From the NCBI GenBank assembly GCA_030390025.1, contig CM059431.1:96598001-96662000 (forward strand): 64,000 nt of DNA, given 5' to 3'. Source of the stretch: Squalus acanthias. Its lineage: Eukaryota. The notes under the pieces were generated by a model. It was not told where the DNA came from and ran no database searches. It worked only from the letters and a program-made list of their open reading frames with translations. How positions within the stretch are numbered: position 1 is the first letter of the stretch; each line of letters opens with the position of its first letter. Shown here piece after piece: positions 23,179 through 34,899 of this stretch. The position numbers and the translations under genes are program-made.

Positions 23179-24899
23179 GGGCTGAATTTTTCCGATGCTC
23201 AGAGTGCGGGTTTGGAGGCGGGTCCGCTGTCAAAATCACAAAGATTGACAGCGGGTCGGTATCCTGCTGAAAACCCGCCTCCTTGTCAGTTTCCCAAGTG
23301 TCGGGTCTGTCATCCCTGAATAGACCCGACACCAAATGGCGGGTCAGCCAATTTAGATCGTTAAAAGCTTATTTTACAAGGTTTTCAACGAGGTTCCCGG
23401 AGAGCGGCGATCACGTCATGCAAGTGTGTTGGGTTCTCAATGACTGTGGATTGCTGTGAATAGGTGAAAGCTGCAAAAGTGGTATAAAACCTACCATTTC
23501 ACAGCTATTCACTTTCCAATCTTAGAAGCTGGAGCATTAATGATTTGGAACCCACTTTTGAGCTTTATGCACTTTTGAAGTGTTTGGAGTAATCTCTCTA
23601 TCCACTGTCACCTCCTTGGAACAACCTATCTCAACATTGACAGATTACTTCCGTCATCTCAACTTAACCTGCCGTCTATTCCATCAGCATCGGTGCCCTT
23701 GAAAAAATCTCACCTTGGTCCTCAGAATCCCAACACCATCAGCCCCAACACCAGCGTCACTGGACACACCAGCAACACCAACATCCACACCAACCTTCTC
23801 CACAATCAACTGATGCTGCACTGGACAGAGGGCATCATCACCCGTGCACATTGCTGCCCGGGACACCAACGATGGCCTCACCATGTCCATATTTGCTTCA
23901 CTTAACACTGTACACCCTTGGCACCACCCCACACCAGCACCATAAAGCATCCCTACAATGTCCAAGCCATTCCTTTCACACTCATCACCATTGGGGAAGG
24001 AGGGACGTTATGTCTTATCATTCACTGCAACTCACTAAGCCACTTCCAAAGGTGCACACAAATCTGTCCAAGAACGCAATGTGTTCAAAATAAAGATTTC
24101 AATGTTTGATAGCACATTACCAGAAACTTCACATGAACATTGGCTAAACCACCCAAGTGCCTACCCTTGTGTGTTGTTAGTTGGTATGCTTGCAGTGAGA
24201 TGAGGGTGAGTGTGAGGGGTGGCTAGTGAGATGGGGAAGTGATAATGTAGATAGAGAGGGATGGGTGGAGGTACAAGGTAAGTTGGTGTGAGTAAGGATG
24301 TGCAGGAGTAGGGTAGGGAAGGCAGTGATGGGGATGTGTTGAGAGGTATAGCAGGATGAGGTTGAGTGTGGCTTGGCAGTAACGTTTCGTGATCTACTGA
24401 GATCATTGAAAGGTTTGCGCCACTGCAGCCTGGTCCTCCTGACGACATCCCTGCTTGTGCCCTCCTGTGCAATGTGCAACCAGGCTGCGTTGGTCCCCTG
24501 GGGAGGTCTCTTCCGCCCATTGGAAGGGAAGAGAACCTCGCTGTGTGCTGTGACTCCCTCCATCAGCATATGGAGGGAGTCATGGGAGAGTCTGGGTGCA
24601 GCTGTGCACCCCTGTGCAGTGCTTGTCAGTGTTTGCAGCACCTCAATGCTGTAGAACACTGACAGCACAACTGTCAAAATCAATGTGGACATGGCCCCTT
24701 TAAGGAAACCGGCTGATGACATCAAGTGATGTCATCAGACCCGCTTCCTTTTAATTGGCTGGGAACCTCGCACTGCGGGCTTAACAAGGCCAATCAGGGC
24801 AAAATCCCTTGGGGAGGCGGGATGAAGATGGGTGCGGAGTTTGAGGCCGCTGTCTGCTCTGACTGCACCGGACGCACCACGGCTGGTGAAATCGTGGCC
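23179..24899. mobile_element. PIF/Harbinger deletion derivative with a decayed Myb/SANT-like DNA-binding domain (minus strand, about 24391-24603)
   Basis: Degenerate TIRs GGGCTGAATTTT / GGCCACGATTTC; 3-bp TSD ATA/GTA within the satellite; peptide APRLSHDSLHMLMEGV..VLFP..AWLHIA..RT..QWRKPFNDL. Confidence 0.75.
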
Positions 24900-25317
24900 G
24901 TAGTTTCAGGTCCTAGTTTGGAGAGGTAGTTTCAGGGCCTAGTTTGGAGAGGTAGTTTCAGGCTGTAGGACAAGGGGGACGGGCCATTCCCGAGCACGCA
25001 GAACCTGTAACCTTCTGACAAGCAGCAACAGTGGGGGTCTCTCGCCACCTGTGAGTCTCTAGAAATTGGCCCCATTCGTCCTTTTGCAGGAACCACGGGT
25101 AGACAGCTCAAAGAGAAAATGGCTCTGTTAAGAAATCCTAAAGTTTACTGTCTTAGTGCTGACCTAGCCACTGCTGGAATTTGATCAGGAGAAAGAATGA
25201 GTTTTTCCCTCAAGACATTTGGATTTCTTCAGATACTAACTAGTCTCAGGGTTGATGTAGACTTGTACATAGAACATGACTGGGCCTTGGCTGGTGTGAT
25301 GGGTTAAATATCACTGG

Positions 25318-25430
25318 CGAGGTGGCCTGTGGGGTAGATATCTCAGGAGAGGTGGCCTGTGGGGTAGATATCTCAGGAGAGGTGGCCTGTGGGGTAGATA
25401 ACTCAGGAGAGGTGGCCTGTGGGTTAGGTA
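25318..25430. repeat. 30-bp minisatellite GAGGTGGCCTGTGGGGTAGATATCTCAGGA, about 3.7 copies
   Basis: Direct inspection. Confidence 0.9.
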
Positions 25431-25807
25431 TTTCTGAAATGAAGATTCAAATCCAGCTATGACTGAAGTGTTGAAAGTGTCTGTCCATTTGCTCTAATTA
25501 TCTTATAAGAAACAAGTCTGTGCATTCTCAATCCAGTGCATAGATAGCAGGTCCAAACACATCATAATATCCTGCTATCAGACTCAATGGTAACAAACAC
25601 TGATAAAATAAATTGGAATAGTTTTACTTTTTTCCAACAATCAGTGCAGATACTCAGGAGTAAAATTTTGTTCTGTGCAGATGCAGTGAGGGACATGTCG
25701 AATACTCTGGGTGTGAAAACAGACTGTGAAGCCTTGTCATTTACACAACTCCCTCCCCCCCTGCCTCGCTCCCATACCGTTTAGAGCCATTTCAAGTTGT
25801 TTGGTAC

Positions 25808-25971
25808 CTCTTTACACCTTCCACCAGAGCAATCTCATCCGGTGAGGAGGAAATGTAGACTGAGGATCTCCTATGTTCCTGGTGCGGCTTCTGATAATCA
25901 GTCTGGTCTTCTCTCTTAACCTGGACTGTGTGGCAAAGACACAATGCGCGGAAAAATAGCTCCTCTCTTTC
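25808..25971 (-). CDS. ATP11A: ATP11A coding exon (164 bp) [19 protein letters not shown]...[17 protein letters not shown]
   Basis: ttctag|GAA ... AG|gtacca; SPDE motif; absent from the ORF track. Confidence 0.95.
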
Positions 25972-28900
25972 CTAGAAGTAATACAACCAAATGAATGATG
26001 GACAAGAAAACAGGGGTAGGACAGAACTTTGTGGCATTCGCCAATTTGTCCACTACCCTACTTTGCTCACATGGCTAAGCATACACTTACCCTGATGCTG
26101 TGAAGGAAATAGCCATATTTCAGAAAAATACATCATCCTTTAAACAGATTTGATAATATTAAAACATGACAAACTGGGGTTAAAAATCTAAAAGCCTCAG
26201 CGACACAGGCCGTAAAACAGAAATACAGGCTTATGAGATAAGATGGTTTGTTAACACAAAGCTGTGAACACAAGCTTTGAAATGGGAATTGGTTTGTAAA
26301 TACAGAGACAAAGCCCCTATTGAATCAAACCATTGCCGATTCCTCTATGTCTAGAGTTTGGAACCAACACAATGGAATGACCCAAGTAAAGTGTTATAAT
26401 CTAACATGTCGAACAGGTGCACAGAACATTAAAAAAACCAAGTGCCTTTGAAAAAATGACATCAAGTAAAAGAATAAACTTAAAAACAGGAAACACGATT
26501 AAATATGCAATCAATTGAGATAGCAAGAAAACAAGTAAACATCCTAAGAGAAGTGTTTTAAATTTACAAGTTGTAAAATATACCTACAGAAAGGCTTTGA
26601 AAATATAACATCAATAGATGACACCAAGCAATTACATTGTGTTTGTATTGAAAATGGAATAGTTAGGAGACACGACGTCTGGCTTACAAGTAGTTAAGTG
26701 ATATTAGAAATTCAATAGAAAGACTTCCTAAGAATCACATCAAATAAATACCACTGTCATATTGTTTTTTATGATGGTTTTGGAAACACCTAAACAGGAG
26801 ACAAGTCTAAAAGCTAACAGCTGATATGACAATAAAGAATAGAACAAAGTCAGCAAAGAATGACTTGAAATAATTAGCTTACATCAGCAGAATACTTCAA
26901 AGGATAAACCACCAAAATAAGATATAAAAATAAGAACTTTTCAAATGGAAAGTCAGAAGTCGCTGGGAAGACAAGCGTTTCTCAACTTCACAGACATGCT
27001 CTGTAAGTTTTCAATTTTGAGTCTCGGGTAATCAAGGTATTTGATTTTGGTGGATATTCTGGATTAAGAAATAAGTAGTAGTGTGGAAATGTAATGAAGT
27101 TAAGATTTGAGAATAAGGATCTCTGATAAGAAATGTAAGCTATTTGTATTTTGAATGGTTAAAGTTGTGATTGTCATACTAAATGTCGGTTCTTTAATAA
27201 ATCTATATATTTTTAAAATTGTCTCAAAGAGTATTTCTGTATAAACTCGCGAACTCAATTTCTGTACACTCTTCACAAAGGAGTTTCAGAATTCTGGGGG
27301 GTATTCCGGACCCTCATAATATCCAGAAGGTTGCAGTCTAGTTAAACTTATTAAAAGTACTATCCGGAGGACGGTAACATCTTTAGACCGTTTCTTTCCT
27401 TTAGGGAGAGATAGTCTGACCTTTAGACCCAATTAAGCATCTTATAGGATCCGGCTACCGCTAACTTTAGTTGAAGGTAAACGTCTGGGGAACACGCCTG
27501 ATCTGGGATAGTCCAAAAGGGCTAGGACTTGTAATTATCCCTTCAATGCTGCATTCATACTTGCAGCATAAATAACCAGAAAGGCTTTTATTCTAAGCTC
27601 TAGTCCAGGATGTGGTGTGGCCTTAAATATTCTCATCTCGACTCCAAAGTTGTAGCATTTAATAAAGCCTTGAAACCAGTATAAATGTATGGCTTGTGTT
27701 GTGGGCTCTGTCAGCTGAACCTACTGGCTGCCTGTTCCTTTCCCAACATGCCCCTCCTTTCTTTGCATATCACTTCCTCATTCACCGTCCCACTATTCAC
27801 ACTGGTTCTCTTTGTTTCATGCTCTACTTCCACGTCCACTCAAAATGACACTGCAACCTAAACCTGTGTCAAGGTCAGTAAAGAATGGTCAAAAAACTGA
27901 AAGCAGAAATTGATTCCAGGACCTATCGAAGTTCTGGCCAACACTTTCGGAGCCCATAATACTGACAGACAAGGGCTGGCGGTGGTTCCTGTACGATCCA
28001 GTAACCGTAACTTTAACAAATGAACACATTATCTCCCAAAGTGGGGATGGGGGTTACTAGCCCATTAAGGCACCATCGCCTCAAGTGTGACGTCCTCACT
28101 GGTGCAGTTACAGGCTTTGCTCTGGAAGCATAAATCAACCCTGTTTAAAGGGAGGTAGGAACAGGGAGAATAAGTTGATAAAACAAGGATTGTGGCGGAT
28201 CGCCACCTAAACGGGCGCAATCCACTTTTCTGTCCGTGGACAATAAATCGGGCACCTTGCCTTTAAGGCGCATGCTGCCTTTAAGGCAGGAGAAAAGGAG
28301 TGGGCGTGGCCTCAGAGTTTTCAGATCAGTTTGTTAGCAGCCATTTTACTAGGCAGATGTAATTAAAAGCTTTGTGTTCCACACATGGACTCGGCCTTAA
28401 TTCGTGTTTCGCGGCAGCCACAACAGGATGCTGGATGCAATAAAAAGGCACTGCTAATTTTCCAATCATTAAAATTAATGACTGGAAAATCGGAAGTGTC
28501 ACGAATTAGAAATGTTGATCTCTGCATCCGACCCACGTGAGCCCCCAACCGGACCCGTGCCCCCAACTAACGAGGCTCTGCTTAGGGAGCCTCACCACAA
28601 ACTCTATCCAATCCTATCAGCAAGCTGGTCTGTGATGTGGCATTTGGCTCAGTCTATGGCAGTTCCTCATCAGCTGAGGAACAACAAACAGAAAGAGCTT
28701 CTACGACCCGTTTATTCAGAAACCTCCTCAGGGTGAGTAACAGGAAACAGAGACAACATATGGTTGGTTCCACTGTGAACATCAAAATACTTGCGGTGAA
28801 TAAAAATCCAGCATCACAAATTACATTACACAGAATTACATCGAGTCGACAGTACAGAAACAGGCCATTTGACTCGATGGTCTATGCCAATGTTTATGCT

Positions 28901-29576
28901 CCATGCGAGAAAGACCAGAGAGAAGGCGGCAACAGTCGGTCAAGAGTCTGGACAATGACATCCAGAGAGAGAGCCACAAGTACCAGAGACCAGGAATACA
29001 CAGACGGGGTGCAGGGGGCATGAAAGGAGGATGTTCTACAATAAGAACTCCAAAAGCATTAGAAATAAGATGTTGCGATGACAACCCTGCAGCACATTGC
29101 TACAATGCCAGAAGCGAAGTGTAAAAGGTCACATTTCCATTCCTAGTGAGCAAGGACGAAGCTTACAAGGGCTGTTTGTGATGCTGAGCGCAGCAGAAAT
29201 ATCTGCTGAAGCCTGAGAATCCTCACAGGTTTACCAACAGAACGTGAAGCTCATTCAACCTGCCACTGAAATAAGTGCGGAGAGGAACTGTCATGAAAGA
29301 AACCAGACCTTGGTTAGTGAAAGAGTTTGTGCAAATCACGGGAGGCACAGCCTGCTTTTCAATTTGTTTTTAGTGTCCATGGAATCCATTCAGAATTCAC
29401 CGATTAAATATTCCCTCTAATCATAGAATGGTTACAGCACAGAAAGAGGCCATTCGGCCTGTCGAGCCTGTGCCGAGGGAAAGTGGTAATAGGAGCACTG
29501 CAAACCTTCAATGAACCAGGTAACAGGTAACAGACATCAATCCAGGTCACCCGATCGTGACTGACAGCTGGAACAT

Positions 29577-30169
29577 CACACCCGGGTACGAGCTCTCCCG
29601 ACACCCGGGTACGAGCTCTCCCGACACTCGGGTACGAGCTCTCCCGACACACCCGGGTACGAGCTCTCCCGACACACCCGGGTACGAGCTCTCCCGACAC
29701 ACCCGGGTACGAGCTCTCCCGACACACCCGGGTACGAGCTCTCCCGACACACCCGGGTACGAGCTCTCCCGACACACCCGGGTACGAGCTCTCCCGACAC
29801 ACCCGGGTACGAGCTCTCCCGACACACCCGGGTACGAGCTCTCCCGACACACCCGGGTACGAGCTCTCCCGACACACCCGGGTACGAGCTCTCCCGACAC
29901 ACCCGGGTACGAGCTCTCCCGACACACCCGGGTACGAGCTCTCCCGACACACCCGGGTACGAGCTCTCCCGACACACCCGGGTACGAGCTCTCCCGACAC
30001 ACCCGGGTACGAGCTCTCCCGACACACCCGGGTACGAGCTCTCCCGACACACCCGGGTACGAGCTCTCCCGACACACCCGGGTACGAGCTCTCCCGACAC
30101 ACCCGGGTACGAGCTCTCCCGACACACCCGGGTACGAGCTCTCCCGACACACCCGGGTACGAGCTCTCC
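29577..30169. repeat. 25-bp minisatellite CACACCCGGGTACGAGCTCTCCCGA, about 24 nearly perfect copies
   Basis: Direct inspection. Confidence 0.97.
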
Positions 30170-30284
30170 TAGGCTAATGTTTCCATTTGGTATCTTTAAC
30201 TTTGAGTGAGAAGCTGTTCTGTGTACGACCAAAGTGCCTGTAATCGAGGATTGAGCCACCTCACATGCTGGACTATCAGCCCAT

Positions 30285-30500
30285 CGATCAGAGAATCTTA
30301 CAGCACAGAAGGAGGCCATTCAGCCCATCATGCCTGTACCGGCTCTTTGAAAGAGCTTTCCAATTAGTCCCACTCCCCCTGCTCTTTCCCCATAGCCCTG
30401 AAAATTTCTCCTTTTCAAGTATTTATCCAATTCCCTTTTGAAAGTTACGATTGAATCTGCTTCCACCGCCCTTTCAGGCAGCACATTCCAGATCACAACA
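30285..30500 (-). mobile_element. CR1 3' end fragment
   Basis: ORF 30320..30529 WNVLPERAVEA...QGYGERAG. Confidence 0.8.
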
Positions 30501-30969
30501 ACAGTTTTAAACCACAAGGAATTCTTCATTTTATCTTTGGATGAACTTGTGACTTGGCCGAGACACTGGGAAGTTTAAAGTTTCATTGTTGACAGTTCCT
30601 TTGTTTTAGTTTGACAGCTGGGAGCTAGAGTGTAAACTGACCCAGTGTCTGTGAGAGCTGTATATTAATGACAAATTAAATTAGCGCGGCTAACTGCATT
30701 GTTAAAAGAATTAATTGGTTTCTGAGTCATAAATCATACACAAGCATCTTGATTGGGACACAAATCTAATTAAGTCCGATGCTGTTTGGCTAAGCTTTGT
30801 TCTTTGAAGTTGTTTACATCGCAGTTCCTTCTGTCCCTAGTCAGTTACTGCTGCAGCTAATTCACGTTTCACTGTTGCTGCTCAGATGTCAAAGGAAACG
30901 AGGCTGTGCTGGTGTTGTTTGGTTTCATTTAACTGTGCTGCTATAAATGTAAGTCTTTCTTTCTAAATG

Positions 30970-31192
30970 AGAAGTCGCACAACACCAGGTTATAGTCCAA
31001 CAGTTTTATTTAAAATTACGAGCTTTCGGAGCGCTGCTCCTTCTTCAGGTACAGGTACAGTGAGCCTGTACCTGAAGAAGGAGCAGAGCTCCGAAAGCTC
31101 GTAATTTTAAATAAAACTGTTGGACTATAACCTGGTGTTGTGCGACTTCTCATTTTTGTCCACCCCAGTCCAACACCGGCATCTCCGCATCA
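30970..31192. mobile_element. 223-bp fold-back Penelope-like mini-element
   Basis: 91-bp inverted arms (30965-31055 / 31065-31155, 1 mismatch, 9-nt loop), 37-bp unpaired tail, 13-bp TSD TTCTTTCTAAATG (30957-30969, 31193-31205). Confidence 0.85.
31069..31103 (+). ncRNA. Minimal hammerhead ribozyme motif (mirror copy on the minus strand at 31017-31051)
   Basis: uac CUGAAGA a ggagc-aga-gcucc GAAA gc UC gua. Confidence 0.65.
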
Positions 31193-31464
31193 TTCTTTCT
31201 AAATGGGTAGGGGGCAATGTTCCTGCTAAGCTGAGCAGTCGTGCGGTCATCCACAAGGTCCCACGTGTGCCGCTTACTGGCTTTAATATTGTAGATACCG
31301 GCAGTTGCAAAAATTTGAATGGGCCGCGCATTGGGGGAGGCAGGCCACACAGGAAGCAGCGTGGTTTATGGGGGACATTGGTTGGGGGTTACTAAGGGCT
31401 CCATGGAGACAGCTCTCTAAGACTTGGCAAAGTAGTAAATGGTAAGCAGGATAATGGCAGACAT

Positions 31465-32308
31465 CAGGAAGACAGAGACAGATTGGTGAAATGGGCAAAC
31501 TCATGACAGATGCAATTTAATGCAGAGAAGTGTGAAGTGATGCACTTAGGGAGGAACAACATGGAGAGGCAGGATAATCTAGATGATACTATTTTGGGGG
31601 GATGCAGAAACAGAGAAGCCTGGGTGTGTATATTCACAAATTTTTGAAGGTGGCAGGGCAAGTTGATCAGGCGGTGAAGAAAGCGTCTGGGATACTTGGC
31701 TTTGTAAATAGGGGCATTGAATACAAAAACAAAGAAGTCATGGTAAACCTTTACAAATCACTGGTTAGACCTCAGCTGGAGTATTGTGTACAATTCTGGG
31801 CACCGCACTTTAGGAAGGATGTCAAGGCCCTGGAGAGGGTATTGAGGAGGTTTACCAGGATGATACCAGGGATGAGAGACTTCAGTTATGTGGAGAGATT
31901 GGAGAAGCTGGGAATGTTCACCATAGAGCAGAGAAGTTTAATGGGAGACCTAATAGAGGTAATCAAAATTATGAGGGGTTTTGATGGAGCAAGTGGGAGA
32001 AACTATTTCCTCTGGCAAGTGGGTCAGTAACCAGAGGTCATAAATTTAAAACAATTGGCTTAAGAACTAGAGGGAAAATGAGGAGAATTTTTTTCCACAG
32101 AGACGGTTAAGATCTGGAACGCACTGCCTGAAAGGGTGGTGGAATCACTTTTAGAAGGTAATTGGACATGTACTTGAAGAGGACTGATTTGCAGGATTAT
32201 GGGGAAAGAGCTGGGGTGTGGGACTAAATTGGAAAGCTCTTTCAAAGAACCGGCACAGGCACGACAGGCCGAATTGTGCTTCCTTGCTGTAGGATTCTCT
32301 GATTCTAC
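31465..32308 (+). mobile_element. 5'-truncated degenerate CR1
   Basis: ORF 31602..32030 LVRPQLEYCVQFWAP. Confidence 0.85.
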
Positions 32309-32881
32309 GGTGTATGGCTATTCACCCACTGATTATTTTGCTTTTGCTTAATTTCACTTCTGCTCATAAATGGCTGACCGATACAAATCGGTCAGTGTGG
32401 TTTTCACCCATTTGGAGGGATCTGGTGGGCGGCCAGAGGACCCCAGTGTTTGCCAATGGAACCTCATCCAAAATATTTCACTCTTAAAGGTAAGTTTCAG
32501 TGGGAAGCACTGGCTTGCCTGTGCACATCCCTCTCGCAGGGAGCACTAACACAGATGGAGGCTTTACCATTTCATTCAACACAACAGGCCCGGCTGGTAT
32601 GCAACCCGAGACCTGCGCACCTGCACTGCCCGATTTACAGGCAAATTATGCGGCATAAAGCCTAAAATTCTGACCAGCAGGTGAAGCACCAAGCAGTAGT
32701 GGGCCTGAGCTCTGCATCCTAGGTGAGCGAGAGCTTTTGGGATGCATGGTCTGGACATACACTAACACTAGGGAGTGAAAGATCACCAAGAGAAAAAAAC
32801 TGCTGCAATTCAATGTCTTTCCAAAGAAACTGCAGTCAGCAGCTCAACACTTTCCTCTGGTTGATTCCGAATCACTCTTAC

Positions 32882-33055
32882 CTGGTCAGCCATTCCACAA
32901 GGTGCATCAATGAAATCGATTGCTACATTGTTGTAAAAGCTCTGGCCGTTGGATATGGCGCATGATACATGGACGTGGCCGTCGATGCAGCACTCGATAA
33001 ACTCCATGTTATTCTCAGTCAGGGTTCCCGTTTTATCTGTGAAAATATATTCAAC
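32882..33055 (-). CDS. ATP11A: ATP11A coding exon (174 bp) [19 protein letters not shown]...GMADQ, phosphorylation motif DKTGT
   Basis: tttag|GTT ... CAG|gtaaga. Confidence 0.96.
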
Positions 33056-33156
33056 CTAAAAGAGAAACAAAAAATTATGAACGAACAAATTTATCAGGAT
33101 TAGAACTAACGTTAGAATTTAGCATCATCCTGTTATACAACAGGTACCCGGTCAAA

Positions 33157-33334
33157 CCGACAGGGTTAATGGATCACAGTGTCCCACCGACAGGGTTAAT
33201 GGATCACATTGTCCCACCAACAGGGTTAATGGATCACAGTGCCCCACCGACAGGGTTAATGGATCACAGTGTCCCACCGACAGGGTTAATGGATCACATT
33301 GTCCCACCGACAGGGTTAATGGATCACAGTGTCC
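33157..33334. repeat. 30-bp minisatellite CCGACAGGGTTAATGGATCACAGTGTCCCA, about 6 copies
   Basis: Direct inspection. Confidence 0.95.
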
Positions 33335-33823
33335 CGTTATAGCACAGGTACACGGTACCTGACCCCGAAACTGGGCTGCTGTGTTTAGGATCAGCGGGTT
33401 GAGGCATCCTAACCTGTAATTCTGACCTGGACCACTGGAGGCTGCCACCAAACAGGTTTTTAAAAATACCTGAATGTGGAGGATTGATCCTCCCCATCCC
33501 TGCTCGGCGCCACACCCCGAGCACCCCCTCCCACACCCCGAGCGTCCCCCTCTCCCCGATCGACCCCTCTCCCTCTCTCTCTCGATTGCCACCCCTCTCG
33601 CCCCACTCCTTTCTCCCCCCCACCCACTCCCAGCCTACCCGAGGGCTGCCGGGGAGTCAGTCTGAACAATGTTGACACCATGGAGCCGGCGCTGCCTCGA
33701 TGCCCGATTGGCGTCTGCAGCTCGCCAGCAATATGCAATTTTGGGTGAGTTTTGGGCACAATCCCAGCTCACCCGAAACGGGCCAAAACGAATCTCCACC
33801 TCCGATGCCTTAAATCAACCAAC

Positions 33824-34021
33824 CTGTCCCAATTCTTCATTCAGGTCCGATGTGTTCACTGTTGGCCCCTCACGAATTTCATTGTCAAACATTTCTTCAT
33901 CCCAAGTAATGAAATAGGAACCAAGAAACTTCTGCATCTCCACGGTGACGTACATGGAGACCGGAATGATGTAATTGAAAAGAACCATAAAGGCCAGAAA
34001 ATCTGTAAACGATGACAAGAA
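33824..34021 (-). CDS. ATP11A: ATP11A coding exon (198 bp) [28 protein letters not shown]...[11 protein letters not shown]4
   Basis: ttctag|TTC ... CAG|gttggt; PVSM motif. Confidence 0.95.
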
Positions 34022-34449
34022 CTAGAAAGAAACAGAAGGGAAACTTAGAAGCTTGACGTTGCTCTCTCAATAAATTAAGCAAAAATATCATTTTTTAAAC
34101 ATCCGTTCCGAAGTTGCAGAACTATGTTAATGTTCCTTTTCGCCTCATTCGACTTGCCACAAGACAACTGAAGGAAGCTCTACTGTGACAACTGCTTTCC
34201 TATGCTTCAAATCATTGACATGATTGTAAAGATTGTGATTCAAATGCAATCTTCAGGAAGCTTTCAAATGGCCAATGAGGTTCCCACATGCACCTGAAAA
34301 ATGTGTGACCAGCAGAAAGGTTCCTGCAGAAAGTAAAGTTTTACATTAATTGTGTAAGAGTGTAGGACAGCTGATGTATTATTGAGAAATAAATACACCC
34401 AACTTATTCCATGAGTCAATGCCTAGGTCATCATCAAAAATTGACAGTT

Positions 34450-34765
34450 AGGAACACAGGAACAGGAGCAGGCCATTCAGCCCCTCGAGTCTGTTCCGCC
34501 ATTCAATGAGATCATGGCTGATCTGTATCTCAACTCCATCTATCCGCCTTTGCCCCACATCCCTTAATACCCTTAAACAACAAAAGTTTATTGACCTCAG
34601 TATTGAAAGCTCCAATTGACCCCCAGATTCCACAGCTTTTTTGGGGGGGTTGTGAGGGGGAAAGAGTCCCAGATTTCCACTACCCTTTGTGTGAAGAAGT
34701 GCTTCCTGACATCACCCCTGAAGAGCCTAGCTCTAATTTTAGGATTATGGCCCCTTGTTCTGTTC
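34450..34765 (-). mobile_element. CR1 3' end fragment
   Basis: Reverse complement of the CR1 3'UTR ATCAGCCATGATCTCATTGAATGGCGG. Confidence 0.8.
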
Positions 34766-34899
34766 CAATAGCTTTATTAATACTGCTCTCCTCTCTTGGT
34801 CTCCCTCTCTAGTCCCAAATCTAGACTCCCCCCGCACCCCCCCAACCATATTAGTATAAATCCCCCCCCTCACTCCATTGACCCACTCTCTGCAAGAAC

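Noticed and set aside
29577..30169. Cloning-vector contamination
   Set aside because: Only a 15-nt imperfect polylinker resemblance, tandemly repeated, with no other vector sequence and native flanks
29404..30319. 200-250 aa repetitive ORFs
   Set aside because: By-product of a 25-bp repeat lacking stop codons
33350..33800. Possible further Harbinger-type MITE next to the TM4 exon
   Set aside because: Only one TIR-like end (CGAATCTCCACC), with no matching left end or TSD
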